A stretch of 64,000 nt of DNA from Bacilli bacterium (GTDB taxonomy: Bacteria; Bacillota_I; Bacilli_A; RFN20; CAG-826): NCBI GenBank assembly GCA_017477255.1, contig JAFUXB010000003.1:19697-83696 (forward strand). Direction: 5' to 3'. The notes under the pieces are model-generated. The model ran no database searches. It was not told where the DNA came from and saw nothing but the letters and a program-made list of their open reading frames with translations. The translations under genes were made by a program, and so were the position numbers. Shown one piece after another: positions 61,447-64,000 of this stretch (position 1 is its first letter; the number at the start of each line of letters is the position of its first letter).

Positions 61447-63101
61447 TGGAAAAAATTAGATTTGAAAATATAACAAAAACATTTGGTAGTACTGTCGCTA
61501 ATAACGATATTTCTTTTTCAATTGAAGCAGGAGAAGTTTTTTGTATCTTAGGAGAAAATGGATCTGGAAAGACAACATTACTAAATGTTCTTGCTGGTAT
61601 TTATAAACAAGATGCAGGGAGAGTATTTATCGATGGGAAAGAAGTAAATATTGAATCTCCAAAAGATGCTTATAAATACAAAATTGGAATGGTTCATCAA
61701 CATTTTAAATTAGTTGAAGTTTTTACTGCTTTAGAAAACATTTTATTAGGTTTAAAACAAAAACTTACTGAAAAAGATGTTATTGAAATATGTGATAAAT
61801 ATGGGTTCAAACTTGATCCTAAAAAATATGTTTATGACATGTCGATTAGTGAAAAGCAAACTTTAGAAATCGTAAAAACTTTATTCAGAGGTGTTGATAC
61901 TTTAATTTTAGATGAACCAACTGCAGTTTTAACTCCTCAAGAAATTACTCATCTTTTTGAAATTATTAGAAACATGAAAAAAGATGGAAAAACAATTATT
62001 ATCATTACTCATAAATTAAATGAAGTAATGGAAATATCAGATAGAATCGCTATTTTAAGAAAAGGTGAATATATTGTTACAGTTGATACTGCTTTAACTA
62101 ATGAAAGAAGACTTGCTGATTTAATGGTTGGTCATAAAACAGATTTAAATATCAAAAGAAGTGAAATTCCTAACACAGGAGTTAGACTTTCAATTAAAAA
62201 TTTAAGTGCTTTAGATATTGATGGAAATAAAGCTCTTGAGGACATTTCTTTTGATGTTTATGGTTCTGAAATTTTAGGTGTTGCAGGAATTAGTGGAAGT
62301 GGACAAAGAGAACTTCTTGAAACTATTGCTGGTTTAAATAAAGAAACTAAAGGATCAATTATTTTTACAAATCCTAAAAAAGATAAACCAGTTACTTTCT
62401 ATCATAAAAACGTTAATCAAATTAAAGAACTTTCAAAAGAAGGTAAATTTTACTATGCAGATACTAAAGAAAAATGTGATTTAACTAATAAAACAAATAA
62501 AGAAATTACTGATTTAGTAAATGCAGAAAAAATATTATTTTATGAAGATGAAATCATTGATTTAAAAGATAAAAAACCACTTGAAATTAGAGATTTAGGA
62601 ATTAAATTGTCATTTGTTCCTGAAGATCGACTTGGAATGGGACTTGTTGGTAACATGGATTTAACCGATAACATGATGCTTAGAAGTTATAGAAAAGGTA
62701 AACAAGGTTTTGTTGATAGAGAAAAACCTCATGAACTTGCTGAAAAAATTGTTCAAGAACTTGATGTTAAAACTCCATCATTAAATACTGAAGTTAGAAA
62801 ATTATCAGGTGGAAATATTCAAAAAATATTAGTTGGTCGTGAACTTTCAAGTCGTCCAAAAATTTTAATGACAGCTTACCCAGTTAGAGGATTGGATATT
62901 AATTCCTCATACTTAATTTATAAACTTTTAGATGAACAAAAAGTTAAAGGTACAGCAATAATTTTTGTTGGTGAAGACTTAGATGTTTTAATGGATTTAT
63001 GCGATAGACTCTTAATTTTATCTAATGGACACATTACAGGAATTGTTGATCCTAGAAAAATTACCAAAGATGAAATTGGATTATTAATGACACAAGGATA
63101 A
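61446..63101 (+). CDS. Nucleoside/sugar ABC transporter ATP-binding protein (tandem ATPase domains)
   Basis: 551 aa. Walker A GENGSGKTT in the first domain and GISGSGQRE in the second, signature LSGGNIQK. The second domain appears to carry an extra ~60-aa K/E-rich segment. Confidence 0.88.
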   Translation: MEKIRFENITKTFGSTVANNDISFSIEAGEVFCILGENGSGKTTLLNVLAGIYKQDAGRVFIDGKEVNIESPKDAYKYKIGMVHQHFKLVEVFTALENILLGLKQKLTEKDVIEICDKYGFKLDPKKYVYDMSISEKQTLEIVKTLFRGVDTLILDEPTAVLTPQEITHLFEIIRNMKKDGKTIIIITHKLNEVMEISDRIAILRKGEYIVTVDTALTNERRLADLMVGHKTDLNIKRSEIPNTGVRLSIKNLSALDIDGNKALEDISFDVYGSEILGVAGISGSGQRELLETIAGLNKETKGSIIFTNPKKDKPVTFYHKNVNQIKELSKEGKFYYADTKEKCDLTNKTNKEITDLVNAEKILFYEDEIIDLKDKKPLEIRDLGIKLSFVPEDRLGMGLVGNMDLTDNMMLRSYRKGKQGFVDREKPHELAEKIVQELDVKTPSLNTEVRKLSGGNIQKILVGRELSSRPKILMTAYPVRGLDINSSYLIYKLLDEQKVKGTAIIFVGEDLDVLMDLCDRLLILSNGHITGIVDPRKITKDEIGLLMTQG

Positions 63102-63104
63102 AAA

Positions 63105-64000
63105 ATGGAACGTGTAAAAGAAGAAAAGAAGAAGTTTAAGTGGCCATTTTATATAACCAAGAAAATTGGCTTACCAAAATGGAAGTACTGGCTCATTAGA
63201 GTTGGTGGAATTCTTTTAGCATTCTTAGTTGCAGGTATTACTTGTGCAATTTTAAAGCCCGGTACATTTGGCTTATTTTATAGCGAAATGTTTAGAGGTT
63301 GCTTTGATTTTAGTGATATTTCATCAGTTATTGATTTATTTGTAGAATTTTCACTTTTACTTTTAATTGCTTTAGCTTTGACTCCAGCATTTAAAATGAA
63401 ATTCTGGAATATTGGAGCAGAAGGACAAATCTTAATTGGATGTTTAATTTCAGCTTGGATTGCTCGATTTGCTCCAAGTGAGTGGCCAAATTTCTTAATT
63501 TTATTATGTTGTGGAATTGGCTCAGTTGTAGCAGGCATGATTTGGAGTGTAATTCCTGCATTATTTAAAGCGTTTTTCAATACAAATGAAACTTTATTTA
63601 CTTTAATGATGAACTATATTGCAAAGATTTTATCAGCACTTGCAATTTCGTTATGGATTAAAAATGGTTCTCAATCGTTTGGTGTTTTAACTCAAGGTAC
63701 ATTCCCAGAAATAATGCAAAATAGTGGCACTTTAGTAATAGTTTTTGCAATTGTTGCTTTTGTAATGCTTTATTTTTACTTAAAAAACAGCATTCATGGA
63801 TATGAAATTAGTGTTGTTGGTGAAAGTTTAAATACTGCAAGATATGTTGGAATTGATGTTAAAAAAGTAATTATAAGAACAATGATTTTCACCGGATCTT
63901 TAATGGGATTTATTGGATTTTTAATTGTTTGTGGCGTACATCAATCATTTAATGATTCAATTGTTGCAGGTAAAGGATTTACTGGTGTTTTAATTGCTTG
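63105..64000 (+). CDS. ABC transporter permease (NupP-like), 3'-truncated by the window end
   Basis: My translation from ATG 63105 (MERVKEEKKKFKWPFYITKK...) is open to the window end and polytopic. It is absent from the ORF track because it has no stop in the window. Confidence 0.8.
   Translation, partial: MERVKEEKKKFKWPFYITKKIGLPKWKYWLIRVGGILLAFLVAGITCAILKPGTFGLFYSEMFRGCFDFSDISSVIDLFVEFSLLLLIALALTPAFKMKFWNIGAEGQILIGCLISAWIARFAPSEWPNFLILLCCGIGSVVAGMIWSVIPALFKAFFNTNETLFTLMMNYIAKILSALAISLWIKNGSQSFGVLTQGTFPEIMQNSGTLVIVFAIVAFVMLYFYLKNSIHGYEISVVGESLNTARYVGIDVKKVIIRTMIFTGSLMGFIGFLIVCGVHQSFNDSIVAGKGFTGVLIA

Overview
AT-rich (roughly 30% GC by eye) bacterial chromosome segment, almost entirely coding and mostly on the + strand. 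TGA is used as a stop codon (tsaE, rimI, the acetyltransferase, the ATP-grasp gene) and Trp is TGG, so this is the standard genetic code. Gene order is Firmicutes/Mollicutes-like: rpsB-tsf-pyrH-frr-cdsA-dxr-rseP-polC, with no uppS or proS. The F-ATPase b subunit carries a lipobox. Together these fit an Acholeplasma-like wall-less organism or a close Firmicute relative; that is inference, no organism is identified. Recognisable content includes the tsaEBD/rimI cluster, asnS, pcrA-ligA-gatCAB, a galM-galK-galE cluster, glpK, the complete atpIBEFHAGDC operon, ppa, trmL, apt, two tRNAs (Arg-CCU, Gln-CUG), a TPP riboswitch upstream of a ThiT-like gene, and a guanine-type purine riboswitch upstream of a BMP/nucleoside ABC transporter. 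The most unusual signal is a dispersed repeat of about 29 bp with a G/C-rich core, TGCAGGGTT. It has at least 8 near-full-length and at least 5 core-only copies between 18 and 59 kb, in both orientations. Copies sit right after (or supply) stop codons, lie in-frame inside unrelated CDSs, and twice bracket modules of about 1.3 kb. I do not recognise this element. Other accessory content: a tRNA-Arg-adjacent segment (10.6-17.6 kb) with deviating codon usage, carrying a 1065-aa orphan membrane protein and a MacB/FtsX-type ABC exporter; a protein built of six 16-residue tandem repeats; a three-gene orphan membrane operon; and two orphan genes translationally coupled to glpK. No CRISPR array, transposase, integrase or rRNA was seen.
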